Source: a virus
Length of the DNA stretch: 64,000 nucleotides
Strand: one strand, 5' to 3'
Virus record (IMG/VR): IMGVR_UViG_3300037333_000056
Location: 1 to 64,000 of that record
The notes below the pieces were generated by a model. That model was not told where the DNA came from. It made no database searches and was given only the letters and a program-made list of their open reading frames with translations. How positions within the stretch are numbered: position 1 is the first letter of the stretch; each line of letters begins with the position of its first letter. The position numbers were made by a program, and so were the translations under genes. Shown one piece after another: positions 49,401-59,268 of this stretch.

Positions 49401-50418
49401 CAGGAAGCAGGTCAAGCAATGCGTCTGCTGTTCCAGTTACGAGACCAAGTGCACCAGCCTGAAACGCGTCAACGAAGTTACTATCCCATGGACGACTCCT
49501 ACTGTGCTGATACATAAATTTTGATCGTTCAAGGTTTCTAGCATAATCTTCACTTGTTCCAGTATCTAATCCTAGAAGATCTTGATCATATAGTTCTGTT
49601 TTCCCTGCACCAAAATTTATACCTGATGCTTCATCTCTAGACTTTAGCCCATCAGGAGTCATAACCTTGTCAGATGACATTACTCTATGGTCAAGGTTCT
49701 CGTCAAGTGCATGCCATTTGTTTTCCCAATCGAGTGCTCCAGCAAATTTCTTTTCACCAATAAGTTCCCATCCGTCTTGAGTATATTGGTCTTTGTATCT
49801 TCCGTATGCACCATCATGTGCATATCCAAGCTTATAGATATATTTTGTGCTTCCATCGTCATTATATCCATCAAATTTCCTAAGGTTATATACTCCACCT
49901 TCAGCATCAGGATTATCTTCTGCATTATTATATTGATCTATTAAGTCTTGCCTTGTTAACCCTTTAGCTCCAATAAAGTCTTTATTCTGCATATTATACT
50001 TGCGACCATTTCGTTCAGCCTGAAATCCATCTCTATGGGTTATCCAGTCCCCTTGACCATAATCGAGTACATTTTCTGTTGCTTCTAAGAACCAGTCTAC
50101 GGCGTGTATCCCAGCATTAGCAACTTCTTTTGCTCTGAGCATTGAGTCGCTGTCATTAATGAGTGTTCCATCTTGCTCATACTTGAGATCAGCTTTTCTA
50201 TATATTGACTTACGCTTTAACTCTGCAGCTCTAGCAAGCTTTGTTCTCCTGTCAAATTGTGCATCTAATTGTTCTATGTCATATTCAGATTGAGCTATTG
50301 CTTGCTGTAAATATGGGTCAATTGAAACATCAGGCTCTTTGTCGTACGGAGTATACTCTCCAGTAGTATCATCTATATATCCTTGTGGTTCATCGTCGTA
50401 TATGTAGTCTTCTGCCAT
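46453..50418 (-). CDS. Large ejection protein, probably the split N-terminal part of vRNAP; contains a GIY-YIG-like segment
   Basis: 1321 aa, nearly Cys-free, hydrophobic Gly/Ala helices, directly upstream of vRNAP. Confidence 0.65.
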   Translation of the reverse strand: MAEDYIYDDEPQGYIDDTTGEYTPYDKEPDVSIDPYLQQAIAQSEYDIEQLDAQFDRRTKLARAAELKRKSIYRKADLKYEQDGTLINDSDSMLRAKEVANAGIHAVDWFLEATENVLDYGQGDWITHRDGFQAERNGRKYNMQNKDFIGAKGLTRQDLIDQYNNAEDNPDAEGGVYNLRKFDGYNDDGSTKYIYKLGYAHDGAYGRYKDQYTQDGWELIGEKKFAGALDWENKWHALDENLDHRVMSSDKVMTPDGLKSRDEASGINFGAGKTELYDQDLLGLDTGTSEDYARNLERSKFMYQHSRSRPWDSNFVDAFQAGALGLVTGTADALLDLLPGDDNTLLNDYQQEWADKFVGYDRHYAQSKVVEAEAAFNRGDIASGLWSVAQSAPSFVAESLPYMAGMSIGVSEVSGTAGALRLVANVNKAKAAGASASDIKKIVDVGKASFKPRELSVYNKYKDSEQMLKGLNLLAKGAGVETINLVNTNRILDERIKAKLEAGEDPSVSVGEATALYAFEMPFTLLDKLSFDHVSGISKLSKATKPTTSILKSSYNKMPDTLKPFFTNKLLNKTGSALASMTEEGFQEYTQTWGEIIGQQYGISEKDVEDILRDEKNRSQAFQAAIAGAGAGGLMHMVPKAPSSSLSFAKSFAKSVNTKIAEKRAKANIDTMVNNMDQTDFDFYAANESKDIEVMQDNWHIMKDAVEATKKAKDISELTDSAIPEVRDLGNAIREQSMLSVFDNNDEYNEKAAEEFSKSSFITTETLNALGVKDKILGDSGAVDEEVMKKISLMDTDERQAYMKELYLNATPEQKRDMHKIDNNTRTSGTSREIFLPGTNIYSMDRLHTVGNSKYSPLYTVEKSVFDKDNGIIHEQVNAINNKADTLAKTIQARLDRLDGHKIKRQEALSSGSAVNEFSNDKIDVNEYKSDPKTFMHKLRSFGTKSKIEKNIRTYSDESLKEAFNDPSASKAMKAAIESVFKTRNAARIEIAKVEEQDGEDFATRINSSKNIHTRDVLKNISSEVAKKSTYKYSNEVIDQIQGIMRSYSLAITSQDEGMRLLQDVAEKLYNSSGLDKKKAENLKSAINSLNIVFDSDENSSPKEYNKTLVAIIGEAATGLKSAKNDEIIDANLMDNHNIDAYNTILKYAKKSSIRSKQEVEFVHNLINVAEDAKNITSKEAEIFRRVINARGVNATDTELTSKQKKIYRNTKLIKSSKQIDKEMKKLDKKQYKIESELLGIEQEINSGNADIEQIRRKSELKEEIKNIKKNKDEIVYLSHNEKIENEYEIEELYDIISDEELVDSEKQALIEEEFTFCIKR

Positions 50419-50500
50419 GCATAAGCCTTTTTTATTTTTAATATATTATTGAGGTTATTATATCGTAGTATTGATTTTGTAGAGGTATGACTATGCTACA

Positions 50501-50530
50501 TAAAGAACCAGTTGCGTCACTGGTTCTTTA
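50501..50530. terminator. AGAACCAG-family hairpin
   Basis: TAAAGAACCAGT-TGCGTC-ACTGGTTCTTTA, perfect 12-bp stem. Confidence 0.75.
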
Positions 50531-50536
50531 GTTACG

Positions 50537-51976
50537 TTATGGCTTATATGTTCCAGCCTCTTTCTCTGCTTTTATTCTATCTGCTTTTGTTTTCTTGTAT
50601 TGTTCTCTTTTTATCTTTAGCTCAAGTAGTTGTTTTTCTGTAGGATTTTTTAATCCCTCAAGCTCGATGACTCTTTTATTTAACGCAATCTCTTTTTCTT
50701 TTTTTATTGCAAGGTTATTTTCAAACACCTTGTGCCCAACGTATGTCTTTTCTTTTCTTGCAGCTTCTCGTCTTTTTTTTGCTTCTGCTGCCTTTACATT
50801 TGCTCTTGCTACGTGCCCAGCCATATCAGAGTTCTTTTGCTCTCTCAGTACTTTAACCTTAGCTAGCTTTTGCTGCTGAGTTAAGCCTGGGTCAGATATG
50901 ACTCCATTAATTCTATCTGTATACACATTATACAGTTTGTTCTCATACTGTCTTGTGCTCATTGTTGCAGGAACAGTTTCAGTCTTTTTTGCATATACTG
51001 GAGTAGAATATTTTTTAGCAATAGCTGCTTGCTTCCCATAGAATGCATCATACTCTTTACGCGTTTTGTCGTTTTCTTCTTTTTGCTTTTGCAATGCAAG
51101 TATACGTTTTCTTGTAGCAGAATACAGATCTGAATTATCCTTTTTTTCTATCCTATGCTTATCTTCCCATTCAGCTTTTTCGAGATCCGTTGAGAACATT
51201 CCAGGTTTATCCCACCATCTGTTTATCGATGGCATAATTTTAGACTCAGCGTATCCTATAGCTCCACCAGCAAGACCACCGGCAATACCACCAGTGGCAG
51301 TACCGGCAAGTGCACCAGCAGACATTCTGCTAGCTGTATATGGATCAGGTAATATTGAATCTGCTGTAGTCTTTCTGTTAGTGTCTGTTCCAAAAAACAT
51401 TGACTTTTGTTCAAGAAACTTAAGCTCTTCTACTTTTCTTTTTGCAGGATCTTTTATTGAATTTATTTTGTTCCAGCCTGAAAGTATATCTTTTTGTACG
51501 CCAGTTATCTTTTTATCAGAAGCAACATCTTTCGGTGCATATGTTCCATTTTTTGTTAATATGCTTAATTCACTATCTATTGAGTCAGTGTCGTACTCTT
51601 CTCCAGTAATATTATCTTTATCATCAACAGTTCTAGTAACGTCAGTAATATCACTAACAGGCTTAGATATGTTTGCTAACGCATCAAGTAATGCAGCATT
51701 TTTGCTTTCCTTCTCTTTTCTATTGGCACTTGCTCTAGCTTCTTCTCTAACATTTGCATCTTTTCTCATTTGAAGTTCATCTAGTTTTAATTGATAGTTT
51801 CTATCAAGTTCTGCTTGTCTTGCTGCCTGCTCAGCGTCATATCTATCGTTCTTTAGCTTCTCATCCTCATGCCTCTTTAATGCTCCTCCAAGATTTTGCA
51901 GCGACTGATAGAAGCCATTTCCCAAGTTATAACTTATTGCATCTGGAAGTTTTACTACTCTATCAAATCCAGGCAT
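50537..51976 (-). CDS. Virion ejection protein (N4 gp51 position)
   Basis: Cys-free, glycine zipper, coiled coils; synteny. Confidence 0.6.
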   Translation of the reverse strand: MPGFDRVVKLPDAISYNLGNGFYQSLQNLGGALKRHEDEKLKNDRYDAEQAARQAELDRNYQLKLDELQMRKDANVREEARASANRKEKESKNAALLDALANISKPVSDITDVTRTVDDKDNITGEEYDTDSIDSELSILTKNGTYAPKDVASDKKITGVQKDILSGWNKINSIKDPAKRKVEELKFLEQKSMFFGTDTNRKTTADSILPDPYTASRMSAGALAGTATGGIAGGLAGGAIGYAESKIMPSINRWWDKPGMFSTDLEKAEWEDKHRIEKKDNSDLYSATRKRILALQKQKEENDKTRKEYDAFYGKQAAIAKKYSTPVYAKKTETVPATMSTRQYENKLYNVYTDRINGVISDPGLTQQQKLAKVKVLREQKNSDMAGHVARANVKAAEAKKRREAARKEKTYVGHKVFENNLAIKKEKEIALNKRVIELEGLKNPTEKQLLELKIKREQYKKTKADRIKAEKEAGTYKP

Positions 51977-52491
51977 TATACGTAATCCGCTCTATTTTTT
52001 TCTCTAACGTCTTTACCAGTTCCTTTATATTCACTTTTAGCTAGATTTTTTTTTGCCGTATTGTTGTCATTATATGCTTTTGCTTGATTATTAAAAGATG
52101 TCTTTTGTAGTTTAAAATTTTTATCTGCAATATCTTTTTGCATATACATTCCGTATATATTTGCACCAGCATTCAATAGTTCTCCACCACTTAGCCCTCC
52201 TAGACCACCATTTGATCCAATATCTATAGGCTTATCCATCCCAGCAGAGAATGTTTGTTTCACTCCATTTCCTGATAAATCTCCTGTGACTCCAGTAATT
52301 CCATTAGGCTTAAATGCTCCAGTATCAAATGAAGACCCAACAGTTCCATCCTTTAGTGTTCCTGTGTACTCTGTCTTGCCAAGACTATCGCCTCCCAATC
52401 CAGATATCGAATTACTGATTCCAGCACCAATGTTTCCTATGCCTGAGAATATATCGCTACCAATATTTGATAACCCATCAAAAAAGCCCAT
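51976..52491 (-). CDS. Small Gly-rich virion protein (N4 gp52 position)
   Basis: Gly-rich, Cys-free; synteny. Confidence 0.6.
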   Translation of the reverse strand: MGFFDGLSNIGSDIFSGIGNIGAGISNSISGLGGDSLGKTEYTGTLKDGTVGSSFDTGAFKPNGITGVTGDLSGNGVKQTFSAGMDKPIDIGSNGGLGGLSGGELLNAGANIYGMYMQKDIADKNFKLQKTSFNNQAKAYNDNNTAKKNLAKSEYKGTGKDVREKNRADYV

Positions 52492-52528
52492 GTTGTATCC
52501 TTATATGTTTTATACAATTATAGCAGAA

Positions 52529-54829
52529 CTAACCTGCCACAATATTTACTCTTGTGTTTAGTTCTGTTGATGAATCAAATAGTGACTCATAATTGTATGG
52601 GCCATCATACATTGTTGAATATAATGCGTCAGGAGACTGAGAGTCTACAGCGGATACAGTTGACGACAAATCAGCCTTCAAGACATGAGTATCAGAGTTC
52701 TCACTATTTCTTCTTGCTGACTCAAGAAGACTATTTCTTTCTTCTTCATCTTTCATGTCTTGAGCTTTAAACGAGTTAACAATATCCATAGCTGATGATG
52801 CAAATGATGTTATTTCTGAAGCAAGCTTCAAGAATGCCTCAGATGTAAACTTTGTTAAGTCTTGTATCATATTTTGAAAATTTCCTAGTCCTGTAACTAT
52901 AAATGATAATATTGATCTAAGTAATGGACTTTTTATAAGTTCAAGTGCTTTTGATATTATGAAAGAGATTACTGTATTTACAACAAAATTTGTAATTGTG
53001 ACTACAAGACTTGCTCCACCAGTAAGTATTGCTATGAATAAAGATATTATTAGGCCAAGAAACTTGTCATACCAGTGAGTCTTAACTACTTTTATAGCAT
53101 ATGCAAGAAAAAAAGTACCATATTCTTTTACAACTGAGTATGTTGTGAAGTCTGCACTATTCATTATATCAAGAGGTATGAGGAGCCTTGGTTCTGTGCT
53201 CTTTATTTTTGAATATTCTGATGTATCAGTGTTTGATATATCTGTAGTTCTTATGAATTTGTGACCAGATATTGATGTTATTTGCTCACAAGAAGCTATG
53301 TGTATATCTCTATACTGTGTTGCATTTAACTGCGTCTTTAGGGATATGTATCTAGATTTTACTGTAAGAGTTTCGCCTTCATCAAGTGAGATTAAATCAC
53401 TTAAAGTATAATAATATTCGTATGCGTTTCCTTTGTCAAAAGATTCCTTATGTGATCCTTCAATTGAATAGTATGATTGATCAATATACTGCATCCTTCC
53501 AAGAAACCATGCTAGGTCATGTTCCTCTGTTGTGTACACAGTAGTTATGTCAGATGCACCAACACGAATAGAACCATCTTTTTTTTCAGAACCAGAAACT
53601 GCACCATCTACTATCTCTGATTCATAATTTAATGTTGTTGTAATTGTTAGTGTATGTGTAGAAAACGATGTTGTGCCAGGATCTTGTGACTCTATTATAT
53701 CTCCAACAAATTTTAGATACTTTGATCTCTTTATTCTGTTCTTTTTTAGCCACCAATCAGACAACTCCTGACTAATTGTAACCTCTGTTTCGTCATCATT
53801 GTACTCAGCTTTTCTTAATATATCAACTGGAAACGATTCTGCTTCAGTAGATGTGTATGTTCTAGGATAGATGAAATAGATATCTCTGATTCTTACTCCA
53901 GACATTAAATACATATTGTCAAGGTCTGGGTTGTCAAGCGTTTCAATTAAATTGTCTGGTGATAGTGCGTATTTTCTTAAAAGCTTTCTTGTTGTTTTCT
54001 TCTCAGTTGACACAACATTGTCTTCTTTTAATGGTATAATTGGAAGCATCTCGGTTCCGGATCCATCAATAACAACAGAGTCATTATCATATAAGTCTAT
54101 TATGTAATAGTATAAGTCATCGCTATCTTCTCGTCTATATTGTACATACACTGATACATTTTTATAGTCATTATCAAAAGTATGCACAATTGGTTCTATA
54201 TCATCATTCAACGATGATGCTAGAGTAACCTCTATAGTATCATAATCATCATCAGTAAGTGGATCATCGTCTAGATTAGGAAATGCATACGATACTCTAT
54301 CATATATAGCCTTACATGTTTTCTGATTATCTTCATCATCACAATCTTCATTGTCGCAGTCGTCATTGTCCTCACAACACTTACACTCTACGATACCATC
54401 AGCACCACTACAACACAAGTCGTCACTATTTGACCCATCATATTTTGTAATTATGCTAAAAAACTTATGATCGAATTCGTCATTATATTTATCTTGCAGA
54501 AACTTTAACGACAGTATCGATAGATTATTTACAGATACGGATGTAGTGTATATTGAATACGCTAAAGAGTCATACTCTTGTATTTCTTGTAGCAGTTTAT
54601 CATTGTCTATACTTGATGTGTCGATATCACTCTTATATTCTATGTTGTACTTATCAAGATATCTTTTTGAGAATCTTCCTCTATAGCTTCTTTTAAATTC
54701 AAAATAACTATCAGAGAATTCTTTAAAACTGCTAGAATCTGCATATGATGACAACTTTGCATCTCTAACAGTTTTATCTTTATCATATAAATCTACAAAC
54801 GAAAGAGATGTGAATGTCTTATGCCCCAT
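52529..54829 (-). CDS. Structural protein (N4 gp53-like)
   Basis: PIIPLK, LLIPL, KVVKTHWY followed by a hydrophobic segment; synteny. Confidence 0.6.
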   Translation of the reverse strand: MGHKTFTSLSFVDLYDKDKTVRDAKLSSYADSSSFKEFSDSYFEFKRSYRGRFSKRYLDKYNIEYKSDIDTSSIDNDKLLQEIQEYDSLAYSIYTTSVSVNNLSILSLKFLQDKYNDEFDHKFFSIITKYDGSNSDDLCCSGADGIVECKCCEDNDDCDNEDCDDEDNQKTCKAIYDRVSYAFPNLDDDPLTDDDYDTIEVTLASSLNDDIEPIVHTFDNDYKNVSVYVQYRREDSDDLYYYIIDLYDNDSVVIDGSGTEMLPIIPLKEDNVVSTEKKTTRKLLRKYALSPDNLIETLDNPDLDNMYLMSGVRIRDIYFIYPRTYTSTEAESFPVDILRKAEYNDDETEVTISQELSDWWLKKNRIKRSKYLKFVGDIIESQDPGTTSFSTHTLTITTTLNYESEIVDGAVSGSEKKDGSIRVGASDITTVYTTEEHDLAWFLGRMQYIDQSYYSIEGSHKESFDKGNAYEYYYTLSDLISLDEGETLTVKSRYISLKTQLNATQYRDIHIASCEQITSISGHKFIRTTDISNTDTSEYSKIKSTEPRLLIPLDIMNSADFTTYSVVKEYGTFFLAYAIKVVKTHWYDKFLGLIISLFIAILTGGASLVVTITNFVVNTVISFIISKALELIKSPLLRSILSFIVTGLGNFQNMIQDLTKFTSEAFLKLASEITSFASSAMDIVNSFKAQDMKDEEERNSLLESARRNSENSDTHVLKADLSSTVSAVDSQSPDALYSTMYDGPYNYESLFDSSTELNTRVNIVAG

Positions 54830-55298
54830 ATTTAAATACCTTTTTAACTCTGTCTACAAATGATTTCTTAAAAGAATATACATTTGATCCTTTAATTGCA
54901 ACATTATCGACATACCTATAGAATGATTTATTGTTTTCATGATATATCAATATTTTATCAACGTCATAGTTTGAAAACAAATGGTTTAACAAATACAATG
55001 ATATTTTTGTATGCCTATAGTCAATTGAAGTATAATAGTCTTCAACAATAATGTAGTCTCCTGATTCTACTATCTGTATATGTCCAGCATAGTTGCCGTA
55101 TAAAAATAAACACATTGAGCTTTTGTCTTTAGATAGAACTGTTCGTATTTTTATTTTAACATCATGCCTTTCGTTTATATTAGAATACATATTGCCAATT
55201 ATAGTTCTAAACATTGATATTCTGTCTCTCTTCCATAATTTTTTTGCATTAAATATTTTTAAACCATTATGTGAAACTATAACCTTACTGTTTACCAC
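54819..55298 (-). CDS. Possible GNAT-fold protein
   Basis: AGHIQ...IVEDYYTSIDYRHTKIS resembles GNAT motif A. Confidence 0.4.
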   Translation of the reverse strand: MVNSKVIVSHNGLKIFNAKKLWKRDRISMFRTIIGNMYSNINERHDVKIKIRTVLSKDKSSMCLFLYGNYAGHIQIVESGDYIIVEDYYTSIDYRHTKISLYLLNHLFSNYDVDKILIYHENNKSFYRYVDNVAIKGSNVYSFKKSFVDRVKKVFKYGA

Positions 55299-55855
55299 AA
55301 TATGTTTCCTTCCTCCATATCTTTTACTATGTCTGTCATAAGTATTTTCCCTGCAGATATTAATAGCCTAGAATCTTCTACTGAATCAAGTGTTGCGATG
55401 CTATTTGTTCCAATAATTACATCATCGCTATCACTTGTGTTTGCGATAGATCTAGTTTTTTTATCAATTATAGCATACAGTGCATACATTGACTCAGAAT
55501 ATAAATTACTATGAGGAGAAAAAACAAAGTTTCCTGTGGGGATAGAAAACTCTATAACTGTAGTGTCTGATATAATAATCTGCTTGCCAATCACTTCAAT
55601 CTTTTCTATTCCAGTAAAATTTCTATTTCCTGACACAAGAATAAGAACAAATGAATCTGCAATGTTTCCACCACTCACACCATTTATTTTTACGTCAAAC
55701 ACTATCTTAGCTATATTCTCAGCCTTGTCAATAAAAAAGTTGAAGTTATTTGAGTTTACATTGTATTGCTCAAACTCATTGTCGTTAGCGTACTCATCAT
55801 TGTTCATTATATTAGCAGATAGTATGTCTCTCAATTCTACGGTTGATTCTTTCAT
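55292..55855 (-). CDS. Hypothetical virion-module protein
   Basis: GGAG RBS, 187 aa. Confidence 0.55.
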   Translation of the reverse strand: MKESTVELRDILSANIMNNDEYANDNEFEQYNVNSNNFNFFIDKAENIAKIVFDVKINGVSGGNIADSFVLILVSGNRNFTGIEKIEVIGKQIIISDTTVIEFSIPTGNFVFSPHSNLYSESMYALYAIIDKKTRSIANTSDSDDVIIGTNSIATLDSVEDSRLLISAGKILMTDIVKDMEEGNILW

Positions 55856-55894
55856 TGATTATTCTCCAATTATGGTTATGTTGTTCTCAAGCAT

Positions 55895-57412
55895 TTATCT
55901 TGTATATTTTATTGAGTATTCTTTAAATAGACATTCGATATCTATATACACTAGCGACTCCATATCACCTATCTCAACAGATATACCAAGTATGGCTCCA
56001 TTGGATGACAGGTTCTTGCCGAAAGAAGAAAATGACTCATCTCCTATAGTGCTGAAGTCTATTGCTATAAGAAAAATTAAATTTATCTTATCACTGCTCT
56101 CGTATTTAGATACATAATAAAAATATACACGTCCATATTTATCTGTTCCAAGCAACTCACTATTAAGTGATGACACAACCAAAATATTTCCTATAAACAT
56201 TGATGAATATCCATATGAGCCTGGGATGCTGGTCCCGTCGTCATTTGTTAGTGACAGCGGCATATTAATAAAACCGTCATTATCTTTTGTTCCGGTATAT
56301 GTAGTTATATCTGATAGTTTATGAAAGTCTATACCTCTTCTGGTCTTATCTGTTCCATCGATAGTGGTGTATGTGATAGATGACGTATTCACTACAGACA
56401 AAAATTCTCCAGAATTATGAAAACTACATGCTCTTGAACCAAGATATGAGTCGTTCTCTCTGTTTATTGCAGTGTTGTACCATGTATCTATATTCTGTGC
56501 ACACACTTTAAAGTGGCCATCCGACACATTGTATATTACTACACACGATGTCGAATGTTTATAAGCACCGGAACCAGGTACACCGATAAGCTCAAAAATA
56601 ACATCTCCAATTCCTATTGATATATTGTCGTAAGACACAGAGATTACAGCTCCATACATGTTAAACCTTACTATGTTGTCATCATCGTCTCTATACACAT
56701 CTTCATGTGATATAAAGCTAGATGGAGTGTATTTTTTTGTAAACACATTGCTTACTGTTTTTTCATTGTCATCGAATGTTAGCCTACAGTACTCAACGCA
56801 CTCATTTTCAGTGTAATTGTTTTTTGATGGAAAACCTACAGCAGCAGCAACTTTAATTATGCTGTCAGATACGTCAACAAATAATGCCAATGTTTGGCCA
56901 GTATCACATAGTCCAACAAGATTCCTTTGCTCAGTTCTTATATCATGAATGGCAGTATACTTTTCAGTTTCGTCATCGAATGCATACAATATTGCAACAA
57001 CATCATTTATTGTACTGTTAACTATTGTAGTAGGCCTAACGGCAATTAATAAAAATTTGTCTCTAGCTATTGCATTCGTAATCAGGTATGGGTTGTCTTC
57101 ATTCTTCATAACTCCGTACGGATACAAATGCTGATATGCATTACCATTGTTTCTGTTGTCTCCATATACAGCAACAAAGCTAGAATAATAACATCCAGTA
57201 GAATAGTCAATGTATGGATCAGCTATGTCTTCAACTTCACCAATGCATCCATAATGTATATTATCAATAATAAATGAGTGGTTACGTTTTTTGGTTAGAG
57301 ATAAATCAGCAATCTTGAAAAAATCATTACATCCAACCACATCGTCACTGGTTCTTGCAGAGACATCAAATGGTTTGATTATTCTATTTATGGTGAGATT
57401 ATTTGTCAACAT
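55895..57412 (-). CDS. Putative tail/receptor-binding protein (beta-propeller-like)
   Basis: FG-GAP-like repeats (YGYSS...LVVSS...GRVYFY; FGKNLS). Confidence 0.45.
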   Translation of the reverse strand: MLTNNLTINRIIKPFDVSARTSDDVVGCNDFFKIADLSLTKKRNHSFIIDNIHYGCIGEVEDIADPYIDYSTGCYYSSFVAVYGDNRNNGNAYQHLYPYGVMKNEDNPYLITNAIARDKFLLIAVRPTTIVNSTINDVVAILYAFDDETEKYTAIHDIRTEQRNLVGLCDTGQTLALFVDVSDSIIKVAAAVGFPSKNNYTENECVEYCRLTFDDNEKTVSNVFTKKYTPSSFISHEDVYRDDDDNIVRFNMYGAVISVSYDNISIGIGDVIFELIGVPGSGAYKHSTSCVVIYNVSDGHFKVCAQNIDTWYNTAINRENDSYLGSRACSFHNSGEFLSVVNTSSITYTTIDGTDKTRRGIDFHKLSDITTYTGTKDNDGFINMPLSLTNDDGTSIPGSYGYSSMFIGNILVVSSLNSELLGTDKYGRVYFYYVSKYESSDKINLIFLIAIDFSTIGDESFSSFGKNLSSNGAILGISVEIGDMESLVYIDIECLFKEYSIKYTR

Positions 57413-57413
57413 G

Positions 57414-58352
57414 TTAGGACTCTATTACTCTATTTTTTATCTCATCAAACATATTGTTTAGCGATACCTCGTTAAAACAATCAGCTACAGTTTCAAGATC
57501 AGCAGCTTCAAATACCATTGCGTATGCTTGAGCTTGAACTTCAAATATTTTCTGTCTTGCATTATCTCTAAATCCTTCAGCCTGAATACCATAAAGGTCT
57601 GCTTGTGCACCCATTAGATCTTGAGAGTTTTTACAATCACATTCCCATTTTGCTATTTGAGAATCATCAATACGAATCTTCTCGTCATTCATTCTCTCTT
57701 GCTCAATAATATCACTAGATATCTTTTCAATTTGCTTATCCTCTAGCTCCATATCTTTGTATGTTTTTTCTATCTGCTTTGAATCTACAAGAATCTTACT
57801 ATCAGTTTGTTTTGTTGCGTTGTCACAATCACATTCCATTTTAGCAATCTTTGCAGTATTCATTCTGTTCTCTTCACTTATCTGAGCATCATCAACACGA
57901 ATCTTCTCAACTAATGTTCTCTCACTTATGTCACAATCACATTCCATTTTAGCAATTTGAGCATCATCGACACGTGTTCTTTCTGCTAGGTCTGCATTAT
58001 CAAGTAGCATCTTGTGATACTGATACTTAACTTGAGCGTCAACATTTGCTATTTCTTTTTGTGCCTTACCGTGACTTAGCTCGAACATTACAGCTTGTTG
58101 CATAGCCGCTGTAAGTGCTTGAGCAAATACTTCACCTGCTGCAGAACCAGTTAAGTGACCTTTTGCTTTTGCGTCGGCTATATGAACAGATGACAACGAT
58201 AACAGTTGTCCAAAATATCCACCGTTTTCAAGCGTTCCATTGCCAACAATATCAGAGAATGATATATTTTCGCATTTAGTGTATGAATCACACTCACCAA
58301 TTGTTGTTTTCTCTGAGATTATCTTTATATATGATTCTTCTAGCTCTGTCAT
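57414..58352 (-). CDS. Structural protein (N4 gp54-like) with ECDC repeats
   Basis: G.FGQL...H.....G.LTG; QA.GF..NA; synteny. Confidence 0.7.
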   Translation of the reverse strand: MTELEESYIKIISEKTTIGECDSYTKCENISFSDIVGNGTLENGGYFGQLLSLSSVHIADAKAKGHLTGSAAGEVFAQALTAAMQQAVMFELSHGKAQKEIANVDAQVKYQYHKMLLDNADLAERTRVDDAQIAKMECDCDISERTLVEKIRVDDAQISEENRMNTAKIAKMECDCDNATKQTDSKILVDSKQIEKTYKDMELEDKQIEKISSDIIEQERMNDEKIRIDDSQIAKWECDCKNSQDLMGAQADLYGIQAEGFRDNARQKIFEVQAQAYAMVFEAADLETVADCFNEVSLNNMFDEIKNRVIES

Positions 58353-58385
58353 TTATTTTTGTCCTTACATAATTATATATCACAC

Positions 58386-58413
58386 TAGAACCAGTGTGCT
58401 GCTACTGGCTCTA
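58386..58413. terminator. AGAACCAG-family hairpin
   Basis: TAGAACCAGT...ACTGGCTCTA. Confidence 0.65.
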
Positions 58414-58422
58414 TCTAATATA

Positions 58423-59091
58423 TTAATCTAAGTCTCTAGTAGAGTTCTCTCTAATTATTTGTCTCTTTGCAATTATGGCAAGTTCTTCTTTTGTTGGAAG
58501 TGGAAGCTCTTGTATAATATATGCAGGTATTGTCTCCTGCTTTACAACTACACCTTCATCGTTTGTTATTGACTTTATAATTTTCTTATTCTTTAGATTA
58601 TTAAGTGCACCTTTACGTATCATCCATGGTTTACCAACAACAAAGATGTCCGTATAATGGCCTGTACTATTACCCCACGTAACGTACTCTGCCTGAGTTG
58701 ATAATCTATTTTGATTTGGGTCGTTTGAGTTTATTATTACACGAACTTTAAATTGGTTCTCTCTTTTTTTCTTCAATCTTGATCTTGCCTTGTCTTTTCT
58801 CTTTTGCTCTTCAATTTCTTCAGGTGTAAGATTTATAATTGCAGGCGTTGTAACGTTATCTGTTGCACTTGGAATTATTCCTGCCTCAAGCTCCATCTTT
58901 GCAATCTCTGCATCTATTTCATCGTCTGTGGCTACAGATGTTTTTGGGATAGCTGCTTCATACTCAGATATAGCAAGTAAAAGCTCTGCCTTTGTTGGTT
59001 TACTTACATTCTTTGACTCAACATTGATTCCCATAAGAGTACAATACTCAGTTAATTCTTTATTTGTCATACTGCTTGTGTCTTTTTGCAT
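58423..59091 (-). CDS. N4 gp55-like protein
   Basis: VRVII...DPN, GN, Y.IQELP.PT.EEL..IA..Q. Confidence 0.75.
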   Translation of the reverse strand: MQKDTSSMTNKELTEYCTLMGINVESKNVSKPTKAELLLAISEYEAAIPKTSVATDDEIDAEIAKMELEAGIIPSATDNVTTPAIINLTPEEIEEQKRKDKARSRLKKKRENQFKVRVIINSNDPNQNRLSTQAEYVTWGNSTGHYTDIFVVGKPWMIRKGALNNLKNKKIIKSITNDEGVVVKQETIPAYIIQELPLPTKEELAIIAKRQIIRENSTRDLD

Positions 59092-59268
59092 TGCTGTGTG
59101 TTCCTTTGTTTTATTGTATATGTATAGTCATAAAGTACAATATATGTAACGTATACGTATATGTAGATGTATTATATCACAAGTTGTTGAAGTTGCGGAA
59201 TGCGTGTCAATGATTTTATTAAGTATATGTAGCGAAATTGTATAGATAGAGACTAGACAATGAATCGT

